The position numbers and the translations under genes were made by a program. A DNA stretch of 64,000 nucleotides from Octopus sinensis (taxonomy: Eukaryota), in the NCBI RefSeq assembly GCF_006345805.1, contig NC_042999.1, positions 152,086,001-152,150,000 on the forward strand, written 5' to 3'. Below the pieces are notes generated by a model. It was not told where the DNA came from. It saw only the letters and a list, made by a program, of their open reading frames with translations, and ran no database searches. Positions 26,218 through 39,902 of this stretch are shown here, one piece after another (positions within the stretch are counted from its first letter, which is position 1; each line of letters begins with the position of its first letter).

Positions 26218-28621
26218 ATTTAGACAATTTTTAACCGGATGCTGGTGTCATGAAGAAGTACCCAGTACACTCTGTAAAGTGACTGGTGCTACAAAGGGCA
26301 TCTAACTGAAGAAACCCTGCCAGAGCAGACATTGGTGCATGATGCAGTCCCCTGTCTCCTCAGATCCTGTCAGAGCATCCAACACCTGCACAGCATGGAA
26401 GCTGAATGTTAAATGAGGATCATGTTAAGAATTAATATTATTTCTTTGGCCAAAAGTCGCTGAGATCGACTTTGCCTTTCATCCTTTTGGGGGTCGATAA
26501 ATTAAGTACCAGTTGTGTACTGGGGTCGATCTAACTGAGTTATTCTTTGTAAGTCCAGCACCTATTCCATCGGCCTCATTTGCAGAATGCCAAGTTGTGG
26601 GGATGCAAACTCACCTAAATCGGTTGTCAAGCGATAGTGGGGAGAGACAAACAGACACACAAACACATACACACACACACACACACACATGACAGGCTTC
26701 TTTCAGTTTCCGTCTACCAAATCTATTCACAAGGCTTTGGTCAGCCTGAGGCTATAGTAGAAGACATTTGCTCAAGGTGCCACACAGTGGGACTGAATCC
26801 GGAACCATGTGGTTGGTAAGCAAGCTACGTACCACACACCAACTCCTGTTTACTTATAAATATGAACTTGAAATATTTTGCAATGTTCAATGTCTACAAC
26901 TTACAGAATTAACTCATAGGCATAACTTAGTAGATAGCAATGGTTTATTGGTTATTAGTTGACCTGTTACGATCAACTTTACTTTTCATCTTTCTGGAGT
27001 TGATAAAATAAATACCAGTCAAATATCATATTCGATTTGATCAACTGCCTTATCCCTCCCTTTCCACCAAATGTCTGGCCATGTACCAATGTAAAAAGAT
27101 ATTTTTAGTTGAAACTGCTCACCTCATTGACAATGGTTTAATGATTTCAAATCAACACAGAATCATAGTTTTTCTGAATTAAGTCTTGTTGGAGAAGGAA
27201 GTTGTGAATACATAAAAATACTACTTAATTTTCTAAAATTGAAAATACTGACAATATAGATAACATTTCAAATACTTTTATTATATGTTTGACTTTTGCT
27301 TTGTATTTGTTCAAGTTGACTCCAAGTCTCACCTAGAGACCTCAAGAGACAACAAGTTAGAAGTTCATGTTGGTGCTATGCCAAGGGTGCCATATATTTG
27401 GTTTTGCACATAGTTTTGTTCCTGAGAATGTTTAAGAAAACATAAGAAAATTACGAGTTTGTTTTAAAATTTGAGATTGCATAGACAGTATTTTACATAG
27501 GATATACCATTTTGGGGTTTCCTGATGTCTGAGCTAGGTAGGAATCAGCCCCTTTTGCTGCTATTACTACTACTACTACTACTACTACTATTTTATATAG
27601 TGGCACGTAAAAAGCACCCACTACACTCACGGAGTGGTTGGCGTTAGGAAGAGCATCCAGCCGTAGAAACACTGCCAAATCTGACTGGGCCTGATGAAGC
27701 CTTCCGGCTTCACAGACCCCAGTTAAACCATCCAACCCATGCTAGCATGGAAAACGGACGCTAAATGATGATGATGATATATATATGTAATAGAGAAAGA
27801 TAGTTTAATAGACATCAAAATACTCTAAGAGCGTTGGTGCTCAATTATATTTCCTTTGGTTTACCTAAAGATTCTTTACATAAGGCAAGATCTATAGAAT
27901 TACAAATAGATTCGTAAATAAGTGTGTATACTAACAGACTGGATCACAGTCTGTAGAAAAGATTTCTGACATGTTGCCTCATATCGGAAATAAATAAAAT
28001 CTTACTTTTGTATTAAAGTCAAAAGCTTTTGGGTTTCAAATTGTTTCCAAAATGTCTCACTTTTGTCTTCTCTTCCATTAGCGTTCATGAAGAAAACGAA
28101 AAACACAAAGAATGAAAAGCAGGAATACATGTGTGCGATCGTGTATATGTTTGTTATATGCAAACATACTTATATATCTGTGTTTGAAAGAAAAATTATG
28201 ATTTCTTGATTACCTTGTTCTGTTCTATATTTACTTTATAATTTAGTACACTTATCTTCTCCTTGTGCATGTATGACAGACTATTTAATCTGAGATTATT
28301 TGTTGAAACTAAAACTGCCAGCAGGTACAGACGTGGCTGTGTGGTAAGAAGTTTGCTTCACAACCATATGGTTCTCGGTTCAGTCCCACTGGATGGCACT
28401 TTGGGCAAGTATCTTCTACAACAGCCTTGGGCTGTTGTTAGAGAGAAACTGAAAGAAGTACACCATGTATAAATATATATATGTGTGTGTGTGTATTTAG
28501 GGATAATCACACATGTATTGAAATTTTTTCTGATTTTTCAGATTTTTTAGATATGCTAGGCTACTGGTTTTAAATTGATATTAATTAAATTAATATTCAA
28601 CTTATCTCCCTCATTATTGAA

Positions 28622-28673
<52 letters not shown>

Positions 28674-28698
28674 GTATATAAATGTATACATATATATA

Positions 28699-29170
28699 GC
28701 ACTATCCGACTCGTGGCCGTGGCACGTAAAATACTACAATGTGACCGTACGACAGGTACCCATGCCAACCCCCTTTGCTTGTGAAGACATGTTGGGGCAA
28801 GCGAAATTGAAATCGAAATCGAATTGAACCAGCCAGGATCCCTGGTCTGGTGGTACGTAAAAAGCACTATCCGACTCGTGGCCGATGCCAGCACCGCCTC
28901 GACTGGCTTCCGTGCCGGTGGCACATAAAATACACCAATCTGACCGTGGCCGTTGCCAGCCTCGCCTGGCACCTGTGCAGGTGGCATGTAAAAAGCACCC
29001 ACTACACTCACGGAGTGGTTGGCGTTAGGAAGGGCATCCAGCTGTAGAAACATTGCCAGATTAGACTGGAGCCTGGTGCAGCCTTCTGGCTTCCCAGAAC
29101 CCCGGTCGAACCGTCCAACCCATGCTAGCATGGAGAACGGACGTTAAACGATGATGATGATGATGATGAT
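28699..29170 (+). mobile_element. Family C retroposon inserted in a (TA)n tract
   Basis: Runs from gcactatccgactcgtggcc to a (gat)n tail and is CpG-rich (little decay). tatataaatgtatacatatatata occurs on both flanks (28675-28698, 29176-29199). Confidence 0.85.
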
Positions 29171-29238
29171 ATATATATATAAATGTATACATATATATAT
29201 ATATATAAGTGTATACATATATATATATAAATGTATAT

Positions 29239-29283
<45 letters not shown>

Positions 29284-29346
29284 TTGTAGAATACCATGAA
29301 TAGCCTTTGGCTATTGTTAGATGGAAACTGAAAGAAGTCCATCATG

Positions 29347-29398
<52 letters not shown>

Positions 29399-31282
29399 TT
29401 GTCTCCCACCATCTGGGAATCAATTCATTGAGTTAAAAATTTCTCAAGGTGGTTCCCCTGTATGGCTGCAGTCTAATGACTGAAAAAAGTAAAAGTAAAA
29501 GATAAGATAGTCTATTATGGTAGAGTCATATCAGCCATTTAAAATACTGAAACGTACCCACACACACACACACACTGTTATTTCCTCTTCAGTTTCATTG
29601 TTATTTTATCATAATTGTTTCAAACTTTGATCCAAGACCAGAAATTTTAGTAGGAGGTTGGGGACGGGTAGTTTGATTATGTTAATCTTAATATCTCTCA
29701 GGTACTTTATTGTATCTACACTGAAAGGACGAAAGGTGAAGTTGAATGCAAAGAGCTGGACAGATGCTGCTAAGCATTTTATCCAACACACGAGTGATTT
29801 TACTAGCTCATTGCCTCATTTTGTAATAATAATACTAGTATCAAAAAAATCTTTAATTGAACATTGATTAATCTACTGTATTTTGTTTCTTTCTTTAATG
29901 ATTTCTTAACTCTTGATGAAGTCGTAGGAACATAGTTGTAGCTTAGTCTGAGTATTTTAATCTGATGAGGTTCATTCTTCTCCAGGTCTGATATATCTGT
30001 TTGAAGTCCATTGCTGGCCAGTTCTTATTTTGGGTCCTGATTGTAACAAACATTATCTCTTTGCAGTTTACATTTTATGCAATGTGCACATGCTTGTAAC
30101 CTTATATATATATGTGTGTGTGTGAGCTATTTTCACCAAAACATTGGCCAGGATTAGCTAAGACTTATATATCATTTGGTTTCCATTGTTAAGTTTATTG
30201 AAGATTATTTTGAATATTAGGGTCCTGACTTCAAATTCCCTTCCAATATGGTTAGCCAGAATACCACTGAGTATCTGAAAAAGATTTAAACCACACTTAA
30301 TGTGAAAACTTGTGAATGCCTTTCTATGCCCCTGAAGTTCAAATGCAACTAATTCCAGATGAAGCTGTTAATAAAGAGTTATGTTGAAGACAAAGAAAAT
30401 CCTGTTGAAAACCATGCAAAGGATTGTATAGAATGAAGAATTAACTGGTAGCTAAGATGAAGATGGAATTTTTCTGCTTTTGAGAGATTTTTGCAAATTT
30501 TTCTATATAGTCTTATTTTTTAAACTTATTTTTGTTTAAATTCTATGATAATTCATATATATATATAAAACATAAACTATCAACTAAAACAGAAAGTTAG
30601 GATCAGAGCTTATAGCACAATGTGAACATTATGAGAATGACATAATTTTATGTATTATATATACTTTAACAATTTCAAAGTTTTTAGAAAATATCCATTT
30701 CAGAAGTATTAAAGATGTGATACTGAGATAAAAGCAATATCTTAATGATAATTGCCATCATTACCACCATCATCATAACTGTCAACACCACTGCCATTAT
30801 CATCATCATTGTCATCATCATCATTATCATCATCATTACCACCCACTCCCACAGCTACCATTTAACGCTTGATTTGAATGCTGGCATGGAAAGTATGGGT
30901 GTGTCTGTCATTCAGCATATTTTCATTCATCTTGATCCTGAGTCATATACAAAAATATTGCTATCATCTGATTTTATAATGAAATAAGATTTGCTATGAA
31001 GTAATATAGCCATGTGTACTGATTTCTTTGAAATAAATAGAACAATGAATAATAGGGTTACACCTTATTTTCATAAATTTAATAATCAACATACTAGAAG
31101 ATGTTTCTCTGAATGCAAATATTGCTGTTTTGCTGTAATATGTAAAGTGGGGGGAAAAAGGAAGAAAACAAACATACAAATCTTGATAAAAATCTTATCA
31201 TATTCACAAATGAGAAATATGACATGTGACAATCAATGAATGCTTGAGCTTTAAATTTAGCTCTTGCCAAGAGATAAAGCTA

Positions 31283-31436
31283 ATCATCATCATCGTAATC
31301 ATCATCATCATCATCATTGTCTTCATTATCATTATCATCATCTTCATCATCACTGTTGCCATCACCATCATCACTTGCTACCACTACCACCATCACCACC
31401 ATCACTGCTGCCACCACCACCACCACCACCACAACC
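31283..31436. repeat. Compound (ATC)n/(CAC)n trinucleotide tract, tail of a minus-strand family D element (31437-31610)
   Basis: Directly visible. Family D body (ttttaatgtc...catgcttgca...ggata/tgcccttcc...ccaacc...tgtttcca) is also at 5935-6075, 45153-45360 and 61530-61670 (opposite strand). Confidence 0.85.
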
Positions 31437-34400
31437 ATTTTAATGTCTACTTTCCCATGCTTGCATGAGTCAAATGGAATTCGTTGAGGCAAGATTTCTA
31501 TGGCTGGATACCCTTCCTGTTGCCAACCCTCACCTGTTTCCATGTAAAGTAATACTCCCCTTGGCTGGACATGTTTATTTTGGAAGACTGGAAGTGAATG
31601 ACACCATCCAATCGTGGTTGACATAAAAACACCATCCAATCATGGTCGATACCAGCTACTCTGGCCCCTGTGCCAGTGGCACGTAAAAAGCACCCACTAC
31701 ACTCTCAGAGTGGTTGGCATTAAGAAAGGCATCCGGCTGTAGAAACACTGCCAGATCAGACTGGGGCTTGGTGCAGCCTCCTGGCTTCCCAGACTCCAGT
31801 CAAACCGTCCAACCCATGCCAACATGGAAAACGGATGTTAAACGATGATGATGATGATGATGATGATGATGATAATGAGGGTTATGAGTGAACAGAACAT
31901 GACTGATTATGTGCCAATTTCATTATGTAAGATAACTAGGAAAGCATGGAGTAGACGATGTTATAGTTTCTCTCTTAAAATATAATGAGTGTATTTTCCA
32001 GCTGACATCTTGCTCCCTCTTTCATAAAGTCTCTAATTGACTAATCGACTGGCCCCTTCCCCCCAAAATTTTGGGCCTTGTGCCTAGAGTAGAGAAAGAA
32101 TTTCATTATTTAAGCCATTCCCTTTTTTATTAATTTCCATAAAAATTTTAACATAGGAGACATTAGTCCACATAAATATCTAAGAGGCACATGATAAATG
32201 GGATGGCAGATAAAGGAAAATATGAACATTAATCACTGTGCAAAATTAGCTTGTAATGGATTAAAATAATCTGCCGTTTTATTTTTATTTTTTATGCTTT
32301 CAAAATATGGCGTGGAGGCATTTTTAAATTGCTATTTGGAGAGGGAAAAGAGGGCACTGAGCTACAGTAGTTGAGAACTCCTGCTAATATAGTTACTAGC
32401 ATGGCTGTGTGGTAAAAAGTCTGCATCGCAACCACATGGTTTTGGGTTCAGTCCCATTGCATGGCATCTTAGGCAAGTGTCTCCTTGGGCTGCCCAAACC
32501 CCTGTGAGTGGATTTCGTAGACATAATCTGGAAGCTGGTCATGTATATATATTGCGTGTGTATGTGTGTGTGTGTGTGTGTGCGTGTGTGTGTGTGTGCA
32601 TGCGCGTGTGTGTGTGCATGCGCGTGTGTGTGTGTGCGTGTGTGCATGTGTGTGTGTATATTTGTCCCCAACACTACTTGAGAACTGGTGTAGGTATGTT
32701 TATATCCCCATAACTTAGTGGTTTGGTAAAAAAGACTGATAGAATAAGTAACACACTTCATCATCATCATCATTTAATGTACGCATTCCATGCTGGCATG
32801 GGTTGGACTGTTTGAGGTCTGGAGAGCCAGCAGCTGCACCAAGCTCTAATCTGATCTGGCAATGTTTCTAAAGCTGGATGTCCTTCCTTACACCAACCAC
32901 TCTGAGAATGTAGTGGGTGCTTTTTGTGTATGACCAGCACAGGAGCCAGTCAGGCAAAAAATAATATCAAGAACTGGGGTCAATTCAGTCAACTAAAAAA
33001 TTCTTTGTGGCAGTGTCCCAGCATGGCTGCTGGACTGGCATGGAAGGTGGATGTTAAGCGATGATGATGATGATGTTGATGCGTGTGTGTGTGTATATAT
33101 ATATGTGTGTATATATATTTATGTATATGTATATATGCATATATGTATGTGCACACATACACACACATAGAAATATGCACACATATATTTGCTAGCAGAG
33201 ACTTTAATATCTTGGGAACTTTGATGTGTTTCTACTATACATCATTCTTACACTGGTAGTAGAGAAACATTCCAAATAGAATTGCCTGGAATTGTAGAAG
33301 AATTAGAGCAAGATATCTTAAGAAATGTTTCTGTCAATCATTTTATTCAGCTGTTATAATATTTATGGTTTATCAATTAAGAAAAAAAAAACAAAAAAGA
33401 AAGAAAATATAAAAAATTACACTTATTTGGTGGTATCATAGAATGGTCACATCTCACTGGATATAACCAATAAAATACTTTCTCCTTAGTTTAGAAACCT
33501 AAGTTCAACCAAGTTATTTAATTTGTCTTTTAGATTTATTTTATAGACACATAGTGGTGTGACTATTGAGTGTTTGAAGTTGTGTGTGTGTGTGTATTAA
33601 TATGCATTTGTAGCTCTGAATGTATCGCCTTATTTTTCATGTGCATCCATGCATTCATATAATAGTATTTACATGAAATTTTTTTTCTGAATATCCACAA
33701 ATATTCTTATATTTAGTATGTGGATGTGCATGTATGTGTGTTAACACAGCCTATCTTAAATACTGTACTCGGTATGATTACTAGAATATGCAGTTTTGTC
33801 TATAGAGATTTATCATTTTTCTTTTCATCAAATAACTTTTCAAAAAGAAACACCCTTCATTTAGTTAATTACCAATTAATTATCTTGATAAAGAAATTAT
33901 TTATTATTTCAAGATTTTAATTTGCCCTATGGTTACACAACCTGATTGCTACTCCTGTACATGTGACCATATAAATACTAACATTCGTTGGTTGTTAAGT
34001 ACTGATAGTATAACGGACTTTATTATTTCCTTGTTCAGATAACATTAAACATTTAATTAACAATTATATAACTCCAGATGCAGTATTAATACCAAACTAA
34101 TTTCTTTCTCCATATAAAAGTGGATGTTGTTAGAACACAAAATACTGCAATCTCTCATATAGGCTTTTTGGTGCCTATGAGCACTCTTGTTTATATCGCT
34201 AGTGGGAGATAGATTTATCTCCATTGCCACTGCTGGCACTTCCAGATCATATGATTTTGGTTTTCCTTGGCCTTGTCATTGCTAGATGCCCGACTGCTGC
34301 AAATAACAGTGATATCTCTGCTTGCAATATTCATAGAATCTCAGTGCCTAATCAGGCACTGATGTTGCAAATACCCAGCAGGGTTACTAAGAAATATTTT

Positions 34401-35572
34401 AATGATGGTGAGAGTTGGTTTTGGGGAGAAAATTCTGCTTCCCTCAAGAGAATTCAAGATGGTTTCATATTTCTTAATCACCTGTGTGAGAAATGCATAG
34501 ATTAGACAAGAGAAAGGCTGTGCCTATAACCTTTGGAAACCCCCAAAGACCTGTAAGACTGAGTTGATTTATATTCAGCTTGAAATGTATCTGAAAGTTG
34601 TCAACTGCAGGAAAAAATGCATAAGAGAGAATTTAGTGTAAGGAAGAAACAGAGATAGAGAGATAAATAGAAAGAGAAGAGATAGGAAGGCAAAAACAAA
34701 GAAGGAAGAATATATGTATTCTTGTGCACCTGTGTGTGTATGTGTGTGAACTAGGTTTTCTTTTTGTTGTTTCATTGGTGGATGTAATGAAAGACATCTG
34801 ACTGTTACATGACCTTTCAGGAGGTGGTCAAACTCTTAAGAAGTGAGGAAATATGCTTGATCTCTGGTGATTGAAGGATAACAACTTGGTGATGAAACAA
34901 TTAAAGGTTACAGTTCTGAGGAAGAATGATTGAGCTAGTGTTTAGTGTGGGGGGCAATGGCTGAGGCAAGATATTGTAGATATGACAAGGACAGACTGGC
35001 CAGTTGAGTGGTAGTAATTGTAGTGGTGTTGCTTTCTGATTGAGCGACACAGTCACTGTTGTAGTAGCTGTGTAAAAGACAAAGGAAAGTACTAGATATT
35101 TTTGAGCGAGGGCTTGTAGTGCATTGGTGTGTGCTTATCAATCTGCCTTGGGATAATTTTGTGATGTTACCCTGGGTTACTCATGTGAATGTGTATGCAT
35201 ATGTACGTACATACATAGATACACACGAAAGAGAATTTGAAAATGCATAGGCCTTTTAAAGATGTTTATTGATTTCACTGGTTTCACTTTAAAAAAAAAA
35301 AAAAAGATTTTCAAAAGTAAAGTGCGAGATTTTGTTTAGCCTTTGTGGTGTTAAAATTAGTTAACATAGTTGTATTAAAATACAGTTATACAGTCTCTGA
35401 TAATGATAAGAATATGTTAAGAAACAGCTTACATAAAAGTGTTCAAAATAGGCAGTAAAATAAGTTCATAATTGTTTATAAGGATTTCAGAGGAATGACC
35501 AACCTTTTTTCTTCATTGCTAGTCTTATATTTATCTGTCTGTCTATCTAAATATCTATATCTATCTGTATAT

Positions 35573-35616
<44 letters not shown>

Positions 35617-36014
35617 ATATATATGTATGTTTGTATGTATAAGAGAAAATAAACAGAGAAAGAATAAAAAAGCTTGTGGGTTTAGCGATCAAGCATGGTG
35701 ACTGTAATTTCAAATTGTACCTGTAATTTCAAAGGACCAGTCTTGTCATATCCTGTATCACTGAATCTCTCTCAGAACAATTTTAAGGATACGCATGTCT
35801 GTGGAGTGCTCAGCCCCTTTCACATTCATGTTACAATCACAAGGGTTCCAGTTGATCCAATCAATGGCACTGCCTGTTTGTGACATTAATGTGCAGGTGT
35901 CTTGCTCAGGGACACAATGCGTCGCTGGGAATTGAACTCACAACTTTACGATCATGAGTCAAATACCCAAACCACTAAGCCATACACCTTCATATATGTA
36001 TGTATGTGTGTTTA

Positions 36015-36066
<52 letters not shown>

Positions 36067-36190
36067 CACACACACACACACACATCCACACACATACCTC
36101 ATATAAGTGTGTGGGTGTGCAATTGTACTCATCAACTTATTGAAAATGATTCATGAGTGCATGTTTTAATATATGTATATAATACATGCA

Positions 36191-36233
<43 letters not shown>

Positions 36234-36774
36234 GTACATGTACATACACATATATATAATACATTATATATATATATCTATATATAATACATTATATATA
36301 TATACATATATATATGATACATTATATATGCACACACACACACACACACATTAGTTGAGTGTAAATGATAATTCTGTGAATTTTCCTGAAATATTGGCAG
36401 TGAGAGCAATTATGAGATTCTGTTGTGGAAGAATATTTAGCAGTTCCTTATCAGAATTGGATTAAATGTTAATAATTTCAAAAGTGAGTCATCCTGGCAA
36501 TATAATGGAATATTGGTGTTTCAGTTCTTTCAGATGGAGCTGAATTCCTGCATATATAGCTGCCAGTAGGATGACTTGTCAGAAATACCCCATCCCTCCT
36601 CTATTTGTCACCATTTTCCTTCCATAGTTTTTTTTTTTTTTCATATTTTCTACTTTCATTTTCTCTTGAATATTTTCCTACATTGCTATGTACATTATTT
36701 CCTTTATTTGCAAAACCTCTCCCTACATTTTGCTTAATACACTCCTATTCAACAATACAGTATTATTTTCTGAA

Positions 36775-36813
<39 letters not shown>

Positions 36814-38210
36814 ATATATATATAATATAATATAATATAATATATAATATAATAAATAAATATATACAAAACCTTACCTTGATGTAATTTGTAATTCCAC
36901 TGAATAGATTAGTTTTAGCTCTCCTTTGTTCAAAGTCACCGATTACTCATAGCATTGACTCTATTTCAACAAGACTCGCACACAATTCATGAAGTTTGCC
37001 AGGTGGAGCTATGGACATTCCATCCAGCAGTTAACATCCAGGATACAATATGGTGTGTGTTGTTGAAATATAAAACCCATATTATTTGGTGGCTTCATGC
37101 ACCTTTCAAAGAATGTTTTTATAGATATATTGAACAATTTCTATTTTTATTTTTTTTAACTGTATTCTTCAAAGTACAGTATTCATAATCCAAAGTAGGT
37201 TTATTTATTTGTTTGTTGCATCCATTTGAAATACCATTTACATATAAGAAATGGTTAACAGAATTGTTAGCACCCTAGGCAAAATGCTGAATGGAATTTC
37301 ATGTCTTTACATTTTGATTTCAAATTCTACTGGGATTGACTTAGCCTTTCATCCTTTTGGGGACAATATAATAAGTAGCAGTTGAGTATTGGGGATGGGG
37401 TCGGTGTAATCAAATTACCCCCGCCCTAAAATTTGCTGGTCTTGTGCCAAAATTTGAAACCAATATAAGAAATCGTTAGAGATCCATTGGATGGAAAGTT
37501 TGGAAACTTTACCCTGAGAGCTGATGAATCAAGCCAAGCCAAGCTGGGGCACTGCCTTGAAGGGTTTCAAGTTGAACAAATCAACCCCAGGGCTTATTTT
37601 TTAAAGTCTGGCAATATTCTATTCATCTCTTTTCCTGAACTGCTGAGTTACTGAGGTGAAGTAGGGGCATAAGCAAGCCAATAGTGACTGTCAAACAGGG
37701 TAGGTGTAAGGGAAAACAAGCACAAAGATACACACACACACACACATACATGGTTGGCTTCCACCATATTTCTGTTCACCAAATCCACTCACAAGACATT
37801 GGTCAGTCTGAGGCTATAGTAGAAGACACTTGCTCAAGGTGCCACACTGTGGGACTGAACCTTAAACCACCACAGAATTTCAAAGTGAGCTTCTTAACCA
37901 CACAGCAATGCTTCCTGCTATGATAACAGCATTATAATTGCAACCCAGACAAACAATTGCTAAATAACAATAAAAACAATAATTGATGATTTATCGTTAG
38001 ACAGTAGGATGTTTTTCTTTTCTATGTTGCATTGTCAAACCTTTTCTCATAAATTTGATTGAAGATTATTTTATTTTCTCTGCATTAGTCTTAGAAAAAT
38101 ACTATATTTCATCTTAATTTTTTGCCTAGACCAAGCATAGGAATGCTTGGATCCATGACAACTCATATGAAGGCTCAAATTAACAGTCGACATGCATGTA
38201 CACATACTTT

Positions 38211-38400
38211 TGTAACAGAAGTTTAATCCACAACATGAAAATTTCACAATATATACTTTGTTTTGTCGAAAAGTCTTGTCAGAGGCTGAAGTAGTAGAAC
38301 TGGCTTGTTGCACAAAACTACTTTAGCCCCTGATAGGACCTTTGGGCAAACAAAGTATATGTTGTCAGATTTTCATGTTGTGGATTAAATTTCTGATACA
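38211..38400. other. 190-nt fold-back (85/84-nt arms, 21-nt loop)
   Basis: Arm 38211-38295 vs reverse complement of 38317-38400: 12 mismatches and 1 gap (about 85% identity). Confidence 0.9.
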
Positions 38401-38619
38401 TCAAGTTATTTTATTCTAAGAAGCCTGGCCATGCTCCTTTAAAGTTGTTAACACAAACGCAGACACACACACAGAATAATAATAAAGTACTAATTATGTT
38501 TTAAGTTATATTTCACTGCCTTTTCCTAAACAAATACAAGTAGTTCTCTTTGAAACATGCATCCCCTTCTCATATGTAAAAAATGCATACATACATACAT
38601 GTGTGTATGTGTGTGTGTA

Positions 38620-39488
38620 TAGGGTGCAATGGGTAAATTGTTGCATTTTATATATTTTAATTTTGTGCATGTACATTGTTTGTTTTTGATTTCTGTCGAC
38701 TACATAGTATAGTAGGGTCAGTTGGGCACTGTCTGAGAAAAACAGTACCATGATGACATTCACTTTGCCAGAAATTTGGAAACAACATGCTGTACTGCTT
38801 GGCATTTGTGCCAGAAACTCTAATAAGAACAAATGGTGAACACACAGAACAATTGTTGGCTTGCTGTGTCCCCAAAACATGTACCAAGAGTGATAAAAAT
38901 CAAACATCCAATCATCATCATGGTGTTCACTAGTGATCACTAGTGATGGTGACGTTATGACTCCATTTAGCTTCTCACACAGCCTCAGGCTCAACATGGA
39001 AGAGATAGTGCTGCCCTGGGTCAAGAGGATAGCTGCTAGAAGATCCTTATGTCTGGCAACAGGACTCTGCACCATGTCACACAAGTGGGAGAACCTAGTC
39101 ATGGCTGTCAGACAATTTCTGTGACCACATCACCCCTAACATCTGACCTCCTAGCTCCCTAAACTGCAACCCCCTTGATTATTATGTTGGATGCACAGTT
39201 GAGCGAGAGACCAACAAAACTCCATGTAACACCAAAGATGAACTGAAGGCAAGGGTTATGGCAGGATTCACCAACTTAAACAAGGAGACCATCCAGAAGA
39301 GTTGCAGGAGATTCTGAAGTCGTCTGGAGGCCATGGTTGAAGCCAATGGTGATTTCATTAAATAAATTTACTCTTTAGTATTTCCAGATATTTTTGTGTT
39401 ATTTTGGTAAATATATCTGTAAAAATGAGACGTCAGTGTTATTTTCATTTTTGTGTAATTTAGACGACAGTTTATTCACTGCACCCTG
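38620..39488 (+). mobile_element. Tc1/mariner DD37D (maT/mori-type) transposon, internally deleted and inactive
   Basis: Imperfect TIRs agggtgcaatgggtaaattgttg vs agggtgcagtgaataaactgtcg (18/23); TA at 38618-38619. Frame 39048-39365 reads YVWQQDSAPCHTSGRT*SWLSDNFCDHITPNI*PPSSLNCNPLDYYVGCTVERETNKTPCNTKDELKARVMAGFTNLNKETIQKSCRRF*SRLEAMVEANGDFIK*, with 37 residues between D (39063) and D (39177). Upstream pieces NTQNNCWLAVSPKHVPRVIKIKHPIIIMVF and VITSDGDVMTPF fit the same family. Confidence 0.85.
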
Positions 39489-39695
39489 TGTGTGTGTATA
39501 TTAATGTTTATTTTTATATCCAGTTTCAGCTTGCTAGCCTTCATTTGACACACGGACACACACACACACACACACACTCACACACACATAAGGGGCAACT
39601 GAAGACTAGACAACAGTTATAAAATTTAATAACATCAGTGTTTTAACATAGACGATATATACATACATATATATGTATATATATATATATATATA

Positions 39696-39902
39696 ATGTG
39701 ACCACGTGTGTACCGTTGGTGATTTTTTTCCCTCCGTCTTCCCTTCATTGGATCTTTCCTCTCCCTATGTTTCTGAGGAAGAGCTCTGCTCGAAACGTTA
39801 AATCCTCCTTCTTTCTTTCCTTTCCTGAGAGTCCAATAACACTATACTTGTTCCATGTCCTCGCGTTGTGTTTTCTCTTTATGTTTTCATGTTTGGATTA
39901 AC
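39696..39902 (+). mobile_element. Solo Penelope-type terminal repeat flanked by (TA)n (copy 1; copy 2 at 41093-41299)
   Basis: About 205-bp pyrimidine-rich unit between (TA)n tracts, carrying a minimal hammerhead core. Same architecture as the terminal part of 7913-8340. Confidence 0.6.
39769..39803 (+). ncRNA. Minimal type I hammerhead ribozyme motif (copy 1)
   Basis: gttt-CTGAGGA-a-GAGC-tct-GCTC-GAAA-cg-T-T-aaat. Core boxes are intact; stem II is GAGC/GCTC; stem I is gttt/aaat (3 WC + 1 GU); stem III is reduced to a self-complementary AACGTT. Confidence 0.6.

Noticed and set aside
34150-34420. Short hairpins (tcagtgcct-aatc-aggcactga etc.) and the 93-aa ORF; also 9-10-bp stems at about 11748 and 23742
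   Set aside because: Stems of this length are expected by chance in 64 kb; peptide unrecognised.
38506-39102. 198-aa minus ORF
   Set aside because: Antisense to the DD37D transposase relic.
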